From Candidatus Poribacteria bacterium (GTDB lineage Bacteria; Poribacteria; WGA-4E; WGA-3G), in assembly GCA_965232115.1 (NCBI GenBank), contig OZ246958.1, forward strand, positions 4,098,841-4,162,840: 64,000 bases of DNA, in the 5' to 3' direction. Shown one piece after another: positions 1 through 9,624 of the stretch. Both the position numbers and the translations under genes were made by a program. The notes under the pieces are model-generated. The model was not told the origin of the DNA and did not search any database. It was given only the letters and a program-made list of their open reading frames with translations. The number at the start of each line of letters is the position of its first letter. Positions within the stretch are counted from its first letter, which is position 1.

Positions 1-323
1 TCTGGCATATCGCACCCGTACCACCGAAAACAATCGATCATCCATGTCCATTCCCTGATGAACTCGTCCGACGCTTGGTTTTACTCTATTCTGAAGAAGG
101 TGATGAGATACTCGATCCATTTCTGGGAAGCGGACAAACCGCTCGGGGAGCCTTGAGGTTCAAACGCAAATGTGTCGGGTACGAGATAGAATCCAAGTAT
201 ATTGAACTAACGTGTCAACGGCTGTATGAAGAACCGCGACGGAAATATCACTTGCTACCGAAGTTTGAAAAACAGGCAGTAGAACCCGAAAATCAACTGA
301 TGATGTTTGAATCTCAAACATAA
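1..323 (+). CDS. DNA methyltransferase (N4-C/N6-A, beta class), C-terminal part; the 5' end lies outside the window
   Basis: Reading the frame from nt 3 gives ...HPCPFPDELVRRLVLLYSEEGDEILDPFLGSGQTA... This is the PF01555-type P-x-F-P-x-x-L region plus motif I (DPFxGSGTT-like) close to the C-terminus. The ORF runs off the window start. Confidence 0.75.
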   Translation, partial: WHIAPVPPKTIDHPCPFPDELVRRLVLLYSEEGDEILDPFLGSGQTARGALRFKRKCVGYEIESKYIELTCQRLYEEPRRKYHLLPKFEKQAVEPENQLMMFESQT

Positions 324-334
324 AGGACAGAATA

Positions 335-1000
335 GTGGCGCAAGAGAGACAAACGTTTTTATTTCGAGAGACGGAAACAGACGGAGAAATGACGGACTTC
401 AACAGTGAAAGGAACTGCTTTAAGCACTTGAAGGAAAATCTGAGTAGCGAAGCAAAAACAGAATATGAGACGGGTATCAAACATCTTGTTGAAAGATATA
501 ACACGGCAATCTATGAAAATAGGTTTACAGTCGGTGGGGTCGTTGAGGTTTTTACTTTGGCACTAATGCGCTCTACTGGGATAGAAATTGAAGGTTGCGG
601 ATCAGAGGCACAAGGCGGGGATTTGATGCTTCCCAGTGGACAGATGTTTTCTCTCAAAAGTTCTTTTACAAGAAGCGGGAGCGTTATTCTCGTCAACACG
701 AGAGGGGACAGTGGAACAGATTGGGAAATCGCTACACTGTTCATTTTATCCAATGTGGGGATTGTCTATGGGGACCCAGCGATGGCACAAGCAGACGATC
801 TTAATCGGGTTGCAGATAATTTACAAATAAAACGTCCGGCTCTTAACCGCTTTGCGCAAGACCCATCGAATCTTATACCAATGGAAATTCCTTTGAAACC
901 CCCAACGGAAATGGCAGATGCCAGTATGAAAGCCAGCGATGCCGTTGCCCGACAACTCATGAACGAACTTAACATGCATACACTACGAGATCAGATATAA
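335..1000 (+). CDS. hypothetical protein, candidate type II restriction endonuclease partnered with the upstream methyltransferase
   Basis: 221-aa ORF with a GTG start 12 nt after the MTase stop, preceded by AAGGA. Same strand and tight spacing as in a typical M-R gene pair. No family motif recognised by eye. Confidence 0.4.
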   Translation: MAQERQTFLFRETETDGEMTDFNSERNCFKHLKENLSSEAKTEYETGIKHLVERYNTAIYENRFTVGGVVEVFTLALMRSTGIEIEGCGSEAQGGDLMLPSGQMFSLKSSFTRSGSVILVNTRGDSGTDWEIATLFILSNVGIVYGDPAMAQADDLNRVADNLQIKRPALNRFAQDPSNLIPMEIPLKPPTEMADASMKASDAVARQLMNELNMHTLRDQI

Positions 1001-1208
1001 AATCTATGGAAAATTCCGCAACTCCTGATTCAAGCAATTAGTGATTTTACTTTTCATCCGTATCTTCTTCCAATTCTCTATCTTCCCACCCCCAATCTCA
1101 CGAATCTCGGTTCTGACAGAAACCGATGGCTGACAGTTGACTTCTAATTTCGATACCCTTCAGAACAATTAACGATTCTCAATATTTTGCAACGACGTGA
1201 ATGAAATT

Positions 1209-2012
1209 TTAGCCAACCCGCCCAATGTATAAAATATGCGCAGCCATGTCCACTATGGCGGGCTCCGTCGCTGTTTCCAAGACTAACTCGACCCAACGTT
1301 CCCACTTTGTTGGATCTTCCGCCACCCTGTTGGTGGCTTCGGGTAACCCCGTTGAAAGTCCCTCACAGCCGACCATTTCCAGTGTCGTCAATCCACACGA
1401 TTCAGCGAGTTGTTGAAGTTCAGAAGCCCGAAAAAAATGCCACAGCGTATCGCCAACAATATTATTTCCTTTTCCTTCCCGTATTAACTCCCAGTACCGG
1501 GGCGTTATCAGTTCCTCACTGACTCGACTGAGAACCGTCCGCAACATTGCGAGGTATCCCACAACGGCGATGCAGACAATCCCACCAGATTTAGCGACCC
1601 GAACCAATTCAGAAGTTGCTTGGGTTCGCTCGGTTTCATCACTGATATATGTTAACGGACCTCCGAGACATAGCACCGCGTCAAAGTCATTCGTGTTAAA
1701 ACGTGAAAGGTCGCGTATATCTCCAACGACCGACGCAACCAATCGGTTTGAAACGGATTCCGGTTCCGACTTGATTTTTTTCACAGCAAAAGCCGTGTAT
1801 GTTGGGTCAATATCCAAAAGCACAACATCGTAACCTACCCGACCAAGTTCGAGCGCGTAACGCCCTGGTCCGCCACCTGCATCTAAAACCTTACCTGTTT
1901 CAGGAAGGTATTTCCGAAGGTAATGCATCGTGACCAAAAATTCCAGTGAGTTGTAAGCATCTTTCACAAGTCGATTCCATTCGCCAGTTTCGATTTCATT
2001 TTCTTTTTGCAT
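1209..2012 (-). CDS. class I SAM-dependent methyltransferase
   Basis: Motif I VLDAGGGPGRY followed by an acidic loop (LLDID). 267 aa. Confidence 0.8.
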   Translation of the reverse strand: MQKENEIETGEWNRLVKDAYNSLEFLVTMHYLRKYLPETGKVLDAGGGPGRYALELGRVGYDVVLLDIDPTYTAFAVKKIKSEPESVSNRLVASVVGDIRDLSRFNTNDFDAVLCLGGPLTYISDETERTQATSELVRVAKSGGIVCIAVVGYLAMLRTVLSRVSEELITPRYWELIREGKGNNIVGDTLWHFFRASELQQLAESCGLTTLEMVGCEGLSTGLPEATNRVAEDPTKWERWVELVLETATEPAIVDMAAHILYIGRVG

Positions 2013-2063
2013 GACGGCTATATCCCACCATAATTGCGTGCGTTGTCCAAAAACGACTATCTA

Positions 2064-2435
2064 TTACAAGTCACCCTCAAAAACAACATTATATCCATTA
2101 GGGGACCTCACTACAATTGTACAGACATCACCAAAATCGTAGGTGTACCTTTTTAGACCTTGCACTACCTCAAGATTTTTCTCACCACAAATATCTAAAA
2201 CTTCTTGGACACTGCTTACGGCAATCTGCCAAGTAAAGTGTTGAGATACGACTTCAACGTTGACATCGCTTTTGCGACCAAGCCCAAACTCAATATCATC
2301 CCCATACTGTATTGCCTTGAAGTCTTCATCATCGTAAGAGAGTTCAAATCCCAACGATAGATAAAATGCTACTTCAGCATCCAAGTCTTTTACTTTCAAA
2401 ATTGGCATCAGCATCGTGTAAAGTTTGCTTCTCAT
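2064..2435 (-). CDS. VOC/glyoxalase-bleomycin-resistance-family small protein
   Basis: 123 aa with a beta-alpha-beta-beta-beta-like pattern. The assignment is weak and rests on size and composition only. Confidence 0.35.
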   Translation of the reverse strand: MRSKLYTMLMPILKVKDLDAEVAFYLSLGFELSYDDEDFKAIQYGDDIEFGLGRKSDVNVEVVSQHFTWQIAVSSVQEVLDICGEKNLEVVQGLKRYTYDFGDVCTIVVRSPNGYNVVFEGDL

Positions 2436-2485
2436 ATATTACCTCCGTTCGTGTTTCTATATCTTTAAGACAGAAACCCAACGAA

Positions 2486-2836
2486 TCAACTTGCATTATA
2501 TATGGCGCGCGTTGGGGGAAAATGGTTGCATAATTTTGCAGAAAAAGAAAGGATTGTGGGAAGAGAGAAAAAGCTGACGCAAACAACATTGAAACATGCC
2601 ACCGGACCCGTCCCACATCCGAGTTCGAGCACTTGGACATCCGGTTTGAGATCTAAACGTGGTAAGGTTTGGATTAAAAAGGATTTGGAGGAGAATTCAC
2701 TGAAGTCGTTAGGGTTCCCATAGAGTTCTCCCCTTGACATGAGTCCTTTTGCCTTCAACTCGGCATAATCCGCCAGGTGTTCGTGGTAAAAGTATTTCTG
2801 TTTCATGATTTTCGATTGTTCGGAATTGGGTTGCAT
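2486..2836 (-). pseudogene. truncated SAM-methyltransferase fragment (N-terminal ~80 aa, then degenerate sequence)
   Basis: The ORF has a methyltransferase motif I (VLELGCGTGPV), but the downstream sequence is non-protein-like and stops early. No continuation of the MTase fold in any frame. Confidence 0.4.
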
Positions 2837-2942
2837 AGGTTCAAACGTATAATGTTAGAAGTTCAGAGAGTTTGGTTATTGTCCTTACATCAAGTCCGAA
2901 TTCCGTTAATTGTCATTTTAGATTCCACAGTCTAATGTTCAA

Positions 2943-3806
2943 TCACCGCTTGAGTGTGTTGACAATTTCTTCGTTGCCCTCACGCAATGCCATGTCGAGA
3001 GGCATCTCTCCTCCATAGGGTTGAAACACAACTCTCTTGAATTCACGTAGGGGCCAGACCAGTGATGTGACCTCATCTGTCCATTCGGTGAACTGTTTGG
3101 GACGACACATTCGACTGACTGTTTTCAGCGATGGGTCGGCACCGTGGTCCAACAATAGCCGAACCATCCGCAGATTGCCCAACCGGGCGGCGAAATGTAG
3201 CGGTGTTTCCTTACCGTATTCAACGAAATGCTCGTTATCCATGATGGGTTCTTCATCAAGTCCGCTCAGTGCCTGTGCATTGACATCCGCGCCTGATTTA
3301 ATCAGGATATAGGCTTGTGCAAGATGCGTATCGTCATCGTGCCGGGATTGCACATGGAGTACGGTTTCGCCGTTGTAGGGCCATGCGAAATTCGGATCCA
3401 ATCCGTTTTCCACCATGAGTAGAAAGGAATCGAAGTTGGTGACACCAACACCGTGAAACCCAAGATAGGAGGGTTGATTGACCTCGGTTCCCTGACTGAT
3501 GAGATACCGGTTAATCTCGTAATCGGGGCTTGGCCAATGCGTGCCAAGGTCACTGTTGTTTACATCGGCACCTGCCTCTATAAGTGCCTTGACTTTATCG
3601 AGATCTTTGATCTTAATGCTTGCAGTAAAGAGCGGTGATGTTCGATTCACTTTTACGTTTACGAGTTCCGGTGCTTCAGCAAGCATTTGTCGAACTGTCT
3701 CTGCATCTGCTGTTTCAAATTCTGCACGCCAGCGTTCAATGTATTTTGGGTTCATTTCATCTCCGTGTGATGATAGACCTATTTGATCTGTTAGCATTTT
3801 TATCAA
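2943..3806 (-). CDS. ankyrin-repeat protein
   Basis: Canonical ANK repeat TPLHFAARLGNLRMVRLLLDHGADP plus several more degenerate copies (GADVN...). Confidence 0.8.
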   Translation of the reverse strand: MIKMLTDQIGLSSHGDEMNPKYIERWRAEFETADAETVRQMLAEAPELVNVKVNRTSPLFTASIKIKDLDKVKALIEAGADVNNSDLGTHWPSPDYEINRYLISQGTEVNQPSYLGFHGVGVTNFDSFLLMVENGLDPNFAWPYNGETVLHVQSRHDDDTHLAQAYILIKSGADVNAQALSGLDEEPIMDNEHFVEYGKETPLHFAARLGNLRMVRLLLDHGADPSLKTVSRMCRPKQFTEWTDEVTSLVWPLREFKRVVFQPYGGEMPLDMALREGNEEIVNTLKR

Positions 3807-3897
3807 TCACCCGCAATCACCTTCCAAGTAGTTTAACACATACGTGGAGAAATTCATCAGAAATTCGTTTATTGAGCGGTTAGACACCATTTTTAAC

Positions 3898-3926
3898 TTG
3901 ACATCAGTTAATAAAAATAGTATAAT
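3898..3926 (+). promoter_or_regulatory. consensus sigma70-type promoter (TTGACA-17nt-TATAAT) firing into a non-coding island
   Basis: TTGACA at 3898-3903, a 17-nt spacer, TATAAT at 3921-3926. There is no credible ORF for ~950 nt downstream. Confidence 0.5.
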
Positions 3927-4176
3927 ATATCATAAGACTTTCCAAAGAGGGAAATATTGTATCAATCTACAAAACGCCGGCACGAAAACCGACACAACAT
4001 TTTCAGCGGACTACACAAGTTCCTTACCAACCGCTAACGGTTTCCAATGGTTTCCAACAGCCACAAAAAAATGTTACACTTTTCGCCAAATTATTTTTTT
4101 TACAACAGAAAATCGGGAACGAAACATCAACGAACCCTTATGGCCACTATGTTCCCTAACGTTACACACTATACGC

Positions 4177-4202
4177 AAAATGTTACACCAGTGTAACATT
4201 TT
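4177..4202. promoter_or_regulatory. perfect 12-bp inverted repeat (AAAATGTTACAC-CA-GTGTAACATTTT), operator-like; extra GTTACAC half-sites at ~4073 and ~4162
   Basis: Read directly: the left arm at 4177-4188 is the reverse complement of the right arm at 4191-4202. The same GTTACAC core recurs twice within 120 nt upstream. Confidence 0.5.
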
Positions 4203-4480
4203 TAAGGGAAATTACTCAAAAATATATCGTTAAGTTAATACTATATTCACGTCTGTTTTCACACAGATGCACACCACTTTCATAGTAACCCCCAAAAATC
4301 CTTAAAAGGAGAAACCCGCCTAAACCCACGCCACCATTGGCGTTACAAAGGTAATTCCGAGAGATGAAAAATTCAGATTCATAGTAACAGTAAAAAAACG
4401 ACCCTTTCATAGACACCCGACAAACCCACGTCACACCTGACTTTATGAGGGTTTTAAAGGCACAATTTTCAAAACGTTAC

Positions 4481-4516
4481 TATGAATACTATGAATACTA
4501 TGAAAACTATGAATCC
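4481..4516. repeat. 4 tandem copies of a 9-nt unit TATGAAWMC
   Basis: tatgaatac tatgaatac tatgaaaac tatgaatcc. The related motif CATAGTAAC / GTTACTATG also occurs at ~4281, ~4381 and ~4476. Confidence 0.7.
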
Positions 4517-4751
4517 CGACACCGTTGATTCGCTGAATGTCCAATTAATTCTAAGGTTTACCATAAATGCCTCTATTATAGTAGATTCCAAAAATAAGTT
4601 TACACTACAAGCGAAAACCCGCCCCTGCTGGCGAGGTTTCCTAACCTCGCCACTGTAAAGTTAATTATGAGTTCCACTATAAGACGCGCAGAATGGTTCC
4701 AATCTATTAAGGAGTGGATCTTACAGAGGATAGAGCGTGCTTCAGGTTAGA

Positions 4752-4811
4752 ATTCGTACGTCGCGCCGAAAGGGATTGTCTATTCGTACGTCGCGCCGAA
4801 AGGGATTGTCT
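4752..4811. repeat. perfect 30-nt tandem duplication (ATTCGTACGTCGCGCCGAAAGGGATTGTCT x2)
   Basis: Two identical adjacent 30-mers at 4752-4781 and 4782-4811. No spacer lies between them, so this is not CRISPR-like. Confidence 0.9.
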
Positions 4812-4863
4812 AAAGGAAAAAGATAGTAAAGAGGCAAGTTAGGAGCTCCGCTATGAGGAAGGT

Positions 4864-5619
4864 TTAGCGAGTTTTGAGGAGTTTCTTGGCTGCCTTAGAC
4901 CAGTGTTGCTTAATCTCTTCAGGCACCCGAAGGCGTTCACCGGTATGGGGCAGGACACGTCCATAGCCGATGTCCAGCATAGGTCGGTGGGTGCCGGTCT
5001 TATTCGGCATGCCGACATGCCACAATCGCATATCACGAAGGATGAGAGAACCTATAGGCATAACCGCTTGTAGCGCGGGTAAGTGCTTACTCCGTTCACC
5101 GAGATACCGAACATCCTCAGGTGGAGAATCCATAATCAGATGCGAGCCGGGCCAGATTTTTGTAGCACCATTCTCCTCTAAGAAATCAACTAACGGAATA
5201 TCAACATAAATACCCGTAACCGGTAGCACACACGGCAATTCAGGAAACAGGTGATTGCCGTCACGATGCGGTGCTTTTTCCACTTGCTTGCCATCTACAT
5301 CCGGCGGTATATTATGAATTCCGCAACGGAATAGTGCGATCTTCTTGCCCATCGCAGCTTCAATCACTTGAAGCGAGAACGGATTGGTGATAAATTGGTG
5401 ATGGAGAAACGGCATCTGGACGACATGCCGCGCTTTCCGTGCCTTTCCCTGTCGAACAATCTCGAAATAGGCGGTCTGTGCCACCTTGACCAGATCAAGT
5501 GACACGGCGTTCTCAAGGATAACAGCACCGACCTCTCGGAGTAACCGAACCGCCAAATCGAGATTCGCAGCACACATTTTTCCGTCTGCTTGCTCTTCAT
5601 CCGTCAGCTGAATCCGCAT
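4864..5619 (-). CDS. phytanoyl-CoA dioxygenase (PhyH) family Fe(II)/2OG oxygenase
   Basis: HRDGNH...H metal-binding pattern and length typical of the PhyH family. Confidence 0.7.
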   Translation of the reverse strand: MRIQLTDEEQADGKMCAANLDLAVRLLREVGAVILENAVSLDLVKVAQTAYFEIVRQGKARKARHVVQMPFLHHQFITNPFSLQVIEAAMGKKIALFRCGIHNIPPDVDGKQVEKAPHRDGNHLFPELPCVLPVTGIYVDIPLVDFLEENGATKIWPGSHLIMDSPPEDVRYLGERSKHLPALQAVMPIGSLILRDMRLWHVGMPNKTGTHRPMLDIGYGRVLPHTGERLRVPEEIKQHWSKAAKKLLKTR

Positions 5620-5675
5620 TGTCTGGCTCCTACAAGAATAGTGATAGACCGCGAAAGGTATTGTATCAAGATGCG

Positions 5676-6443
5676 CTACGCCAACTTACCGCGTAGCAGT
5701 GGGTTGTCTTTCATCACTTCGCCATCGCGATTCCGCGTCCCCGATTGCATGTAATGAAGGACCATCGCTCGGCGGTCTCGGGATGAGCGGTTCGGATCCG
5801 TCTGGTGGAGTGTCATGCAGTGATGCACCATCCCACATCCAGCTTTAACTGGCACGGGTATAGCACGATTCACATCAGCATTCACCTCCAACAACGCTGG
5901 CAACTTACCTTTCTCTGACTGCGCGCGTCCGTGTGCCGCTAATCCTTCCAAGTAACTGCCGGGGATAACGTTCATACAACCGTTCTCTTCGTCGGCATCG
6001 TCGAGTGCTATCCAGATGCTCACAAGATTCGGCGGGTCGCATTGCCAATACGCATTGTCCTGATGCCAATAGACTTCACCCCCGTGATAGGCGGGTTTGT
6101 AGAGAGCCTGATCGTGGAATAACTGGATATCGGGACCGATCAAACTCTCGGCGATGTCTAACAACGGTTCGTGGTAGAGCAGTTTCCGATATTCCTCATC
6201 CAAACGCCACATCTCCATGATCTGTAACATTTCTTCGTCACGATCAGCGTCTTCATCGCTTTCCGAGTCCCCAACGACTGCGAGGTTGCGCAACCCCTCA
6301 CCAATCGTGCCGCGCCTCTGCGCAAAGAGTGCGTCGTAATGTTCACGTAGCACGGCAAGGTGTTTGTCATCAATGAGTCGTTTTTCTATGTTGAGATAGC
6401 CTACCTGTCTGAATTGTTCGACCTCTTGTGGTGTAAGTTTCAT
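5676..6443 (-). CDS. phytanoyl-CoA dioxygenase (PhyH) family protein
   Basis: WHQDNAYW motif (HxD facial-triad region), 255 aa. Confidence 0.75.
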   Translation of the reverse strand: MKLTPQEVEQFRQVGYLNIEKRLIDDKHLAVLREHYDALFAQRRGTIGEGLRNLAVVGDSESDEDADRDEEMLQIMEMWRLDEEYRKLLYHEPLLDIAESLIGPDIQLFHDQALYKPAYHGGEVYWHQDNAYWQCDPPNLVSIWIALDDADEENGCMNVIPGSYLEGLAAHGRAQSEKGKLPALLEVNADVNRAIPVPVKAGCGMVHHCMTLHQTDPNRSSRDRRAMVLHYMQSGTRNRDGEVMKDNPLLRGKLA

Positions 6444-6467
6444 AACATGGCTCCTTAAAAGTTTATT

Positions 6468-8804
6468 TCAATCCACATCAGATTCTCCAAGAATCTTCTG
6501 ATAGGTCTGCGATGCTACGTTGTATGCCTCGCGGGCGGCATCGCGTTCCTCCTCTCGAATACGGTCAACCTTTGCGTTCCAGCAAACCTCCACGGCCTCC
6601 AAACACCATTGCGCACTCCTTCGGCTCGCTCGGATCGGTTTGCCATCTACAATGACAAAAACCGGATTCGTATGAGACGACGGGAAGATGCGTAGTGCAA
6701 CCCAGCTCGACCTGTCAATGGATGCCTCAAATTGAACGGGAACGACTTCACCATTAGCCATGACTTCTTGCGTCTCAACCGATTGACCGTTGACGATGAG
6801 TTCAACAGGCACCTTCTGGCTTTCCGCAATGCGAGCGCGTTCCACGTCCCAATAGGGTTGCTGTTCCAACGGACGATTCTTTATCTCAAGATTCGGTGTC
6901 TCGTTAAGGCGTGCAGCAATACGTGCAGTGACAGTTACCGTGCCGGGCTCTTCCAAATCCAACTGGCTAATCTCTCCGGTTGGCGATTTTTCTCCCACGG
7001 GTACACCGCCAACAGTGAAGTCCAACAGATGACTTTTGCCATCCCCGACGTAGGAGCGACCATCCTTCAATCCGTCTACCCATGCATCGAAATTAAGAGG
7101 ACCGGGGGGCATTTTTACATAGATACGACCCAACCCAACGCGTTCACCGTAAATGCAAGGAAAATCCGTCTCGCCGCTGATTCTCGTGCGGAAACCACAA
7201 TTGAGAGTGTGATACCAGATACTCAGTTCCCAAATAGCCGGTGTGTCTACCGTAGAGATGAAATCGACAGCATCATGAACGACATCCACAATGTATTCGT
7301 TCGCACCGATACCATCAAAAGGCGGCATGTTGTAATTAGGGAGTTCATCTCCATCCACTTTTAAGCCCCAACCACTGTGACTGAAGCCTGTCACCGCGCC
7401 CTGTTCCTTTGCCCACTGGAGGACAGGCAGATCCCAACTCGGCCACTCCTCTATGCGTTCAACACCGTTGTAGTCGTCCTCAGTGAGTCGGAGTATGGAG
7501 AGATGTCCGGCGTGCGAGGACGGGAATCCTGAAACCTCCACATCGTAGCGCATTACATAGTCGTCGGTCGAGAGTTCGTGAACCTTGCCATCAAAAAACT
7601 GCTTTTGGTAATACCAGCACGGTCCCCAAGAGAGTACACACCCTACATTAAGGTCTTCACCGAGAATATGGCGCATCATGTCCTCAGGCGTAACCCCCTC
7701 CGTCGGACTTTCATAGTGTGAACACCCAGCGGCGTGTACGTGATGGTCGCCGGAACGCCAACCCTCTGCTGCGATATGGATCCATCTTTCCAGATGAAAG
7801 GTTTCTTGATGCGTCTCGGCATTCGGAACGGTAATGGTTTGGGTCTTTATCTTATATTCGGGTCCGCGTGTGTATTCAACGGTATAGTTACCGGGTGGTA
7901 GGAGAACAGATTCACCACTGTGCCGATAAATTTGATTGTGAAAGAAGAAATCGGGTGCAAGTCTGCGTCCACGTGACGGATACACCCGATTTAATGCGTC
8001 GCGAATGATAAAACCCGCTGTTGTTGGTTTCCCGTCGAAGTCCAACACTTCCAAGGTTACAGCCACCGCTGTTACACAGTCGAATAGGATAGGTACTTCG
8101 CTTCGGAAGCCGATGTCCTGTGTCCCCTGACCAACGTTGAAACTAAGGGTCGCTTCTCGCTTTCCCGCATCGCGACTGTAGAGTTGAACGATACGATACT
8201 CCAGTTCTAATCCCGAAAGACTCGCTTTCAAAGGTGGATTGGTATAGACTTCAATATCCAAAAAACGATGTGGAATATCGCTTTTCGGCACGGTTGTCTC
8301 CGGATCAGGACTGCCGGTAGAACGTTTATAAAGGGGTGCGGCATTCGCGCTTTCTGCGGCTAAAGGTGCCGTCACGCCAGCCTCGTTGTGAACTTTCACC
8401 AAAAAAGTCCGCCACCCCTGCTGCATCAGCTCCTTATTTACCGGACCTTCCTTAACCTTCACACGGCTCTCAGGATTGATGTTGACACCGACCAGACAAT
8501 ATAGGTCAAGCACCTTCTGAATGTCAGCAATTGCTTGTTGGTGATCCTCGGAGACCAAGGCTTCCTCGATTGCTGAGAGGTCGCCTTCAGATAGGGGTGA
8601 ACCGAGATAATCGAGTGCTTCAATGAGCCGTTGGGTTGCTGACACGAGCGGTTGAAATTCTACTTCACGGACGAGGTCCAGTTCAGCAGTGAACCCGACT
8701 GAAGTGAAAGTGATGAGCAATAGGCAGCCGATACATAGCAAATGAAAATGTCTGTTGGATCCTTTTCTAAGCGGAGTGTTATATCGATTTGTCATTCGTT
8801 GCAT
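6468..8804 (-). CDS. large secreted protein with a PHP/CehA-McbA-like metallohydrolase domain
   Basis: N-terminal hydrophobic signal/anchor (LLCIGCLLLITFTSVGF). Internal GDHHVHAAGCSHYESP matches the PHP-domain H-x-H metal motif. 778 aa. Confidence 0.45.
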   Translation of the reverse strand: MQRMTNRYNTPLRKGSNRHFHLLCIGCLLLITFTSVGFTAELDLVREVEFQPLVSATQRLIEALDYLGSPLSEGDLSAIEEALVSEDHQQAIADIQKVLDLYCLVGVNINPESRVKVKEGPVNKELMQQGWRTFLVKVHNEAGVTAPLAAESANAAPLYKRSTGSPDPETTVPKSDIPHRFLDIEVYTNPPLKASLSGLELEYRIVQLYSRDAGKREATLSFNVGQGTQDIGFRSEVPILFDCVTAVAVTLEVLDFDGKPTTAGFIIRDALNRVYPSRGRRLAPDFFFHNQIYRHSGESVLLPPGNYTVEYTRGPEYKIKTQTITVPNAETHQETFHLERWIHIAAEGWRSGDHHVHAAGCSHYESPTEGVTPEDMMRHILGEDLNVGCVLSWGPCWYYQKQFFDGKVHELSTDDYVMRYDVEVSGFPSSHAGHLSILRLTEDDYNGVERIEEWPSWDLPVLQWAKEQGAVTGFSHSGWGLKVDGDELPNYNMPPFDGIGANEYIVDVVHDAVDFISTVDTPAIWELSIWYHTLNCGFRTRISGETDFPCIYGERVGLGRIYVKMPPGPLNFDAWVDGLKDGRSYVGDGKSHLLDFTVGGVPVGEKSPTGEISQLDLEEPGTVTVTARIAARLNETPNLEIKNRPLEQQPYWDVERARIAESQKVPVELIVNGQSVETQEVMANGEVVPVQFEASIDRSSWVALRIFPSSHTNPVFVIVDGKPIRASRRSAQWCLEAVEVCWNAKVDRIREEERDAAREAYNVASQTYQKILGESDVD

Positions 8805-8907
8805 AGTGTGTTCCTCCTAATCGCTGATTGGTTTCTATTACGAATGCCGTAGTCTACCATAATGTGCGGTAGATGTCAAGTTCACAGTTGTAGGACGTTT
8901 CCATACA

Positions 8908-9624
8908 TCATGTCACGTGATAATCCACACCATACTGCACCAAGCCCAATCGCCGTGCTACACCTTGAGAAGCGACATTGTTCCACGAAGTGCTGTAGAG
9001 AGGAATACGGTTTAAGGCACGAACAGCCAAAGCCCACGCTGCGACAACCGACGTTGCATGCCCACGCCGCCGATACCCAGCCAGCGTATCAACGCCTACT
9101 TCATGGGCGCGTGCTGAGGCACGGACACTTCGGCAAATTGACACTACCTGCGAATCCTCTATGATTGCTAAACACGGGTGCGGACTATTTAATTCCGGCC
9201 TTATGTCGGCGAAATCTCCCTTTAGAAGTCTGGCATCTTCACTTGATAATAAGTGGATAACATTTGTCGGTGGGGCAATGTGTTCAGGAAAGCGATAGGC
9301 GGGCCCAACCCAGACCCGTTCAATCGGTGCGTGACTTTGAAGGATATCCTCGAATTGCCTACGGTTCTTTGGAATCTGCTGGGGATTCATGGGCAGCGGT
9401 TCAGCAGCGGCAACTTCTTTGAGTTGTGTAACTATGTGGTCGGGAAGATTGTGCCGGAACTTACATATTGAACCTTCGTTGGTGTATCCAAAGAAGAAAC
9501 GAGGTGCTGGTTCTGCAGCACCGGTAGGTTCGTTGATATGTTGAAGACACCCATTCTCGTCCTGCGTGAATAGCACTTCAACTTGCATCTTCATGAGTTC
9601 AATATCGGTTTGATGAATACTCAT
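8908..9624 (-). CDS. GNAT-family N-acetyltransferase with an N-terminal extra domain
   Basis: C-terminal AGYRRRGHATSVVAAWALAV resembles the GNAT motif A (R/QxxGxG/A) region. The start overlaps the rsgA stop (ATGA). Confidence 0.45.
   Translation of the reverse strand: MSIHQTDIELMKMQVEVLFTQDENGCLQHINEPTGAAEPAPRFFFGYTNEGSICKFRHNLPDHIVTQLKEVAAAEPLPMNPQQIPKNRRQFEDILQSHAPIERVWVGPAYRFPEHIAPPTNVIHLLSSEDARLLKGDFADIRPELNSPHPCLAIIEDSQVVSICRSVRASARAHEVGVDTLAGYRRRGHATSVVAAWALAVRALNRIPLYSTSWNNVASQGVARRLGLVQYGVDYHVT

Noticed and set aside
3844-4233. 129-aa ORF in the track inside the AT-rich island
   Set aside because: Low-complexity, Asn/Thr/Phe-rich translation with no RBS. It overlaps the palindromic operator-like sites, so the region is better explained as non-coding.
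4752-4811. Possible CRISPR array
   Set aside because: Only two directly abutting 30-nt copies with no spacers and no cas genes in the window. It is a simple tandem duplication.
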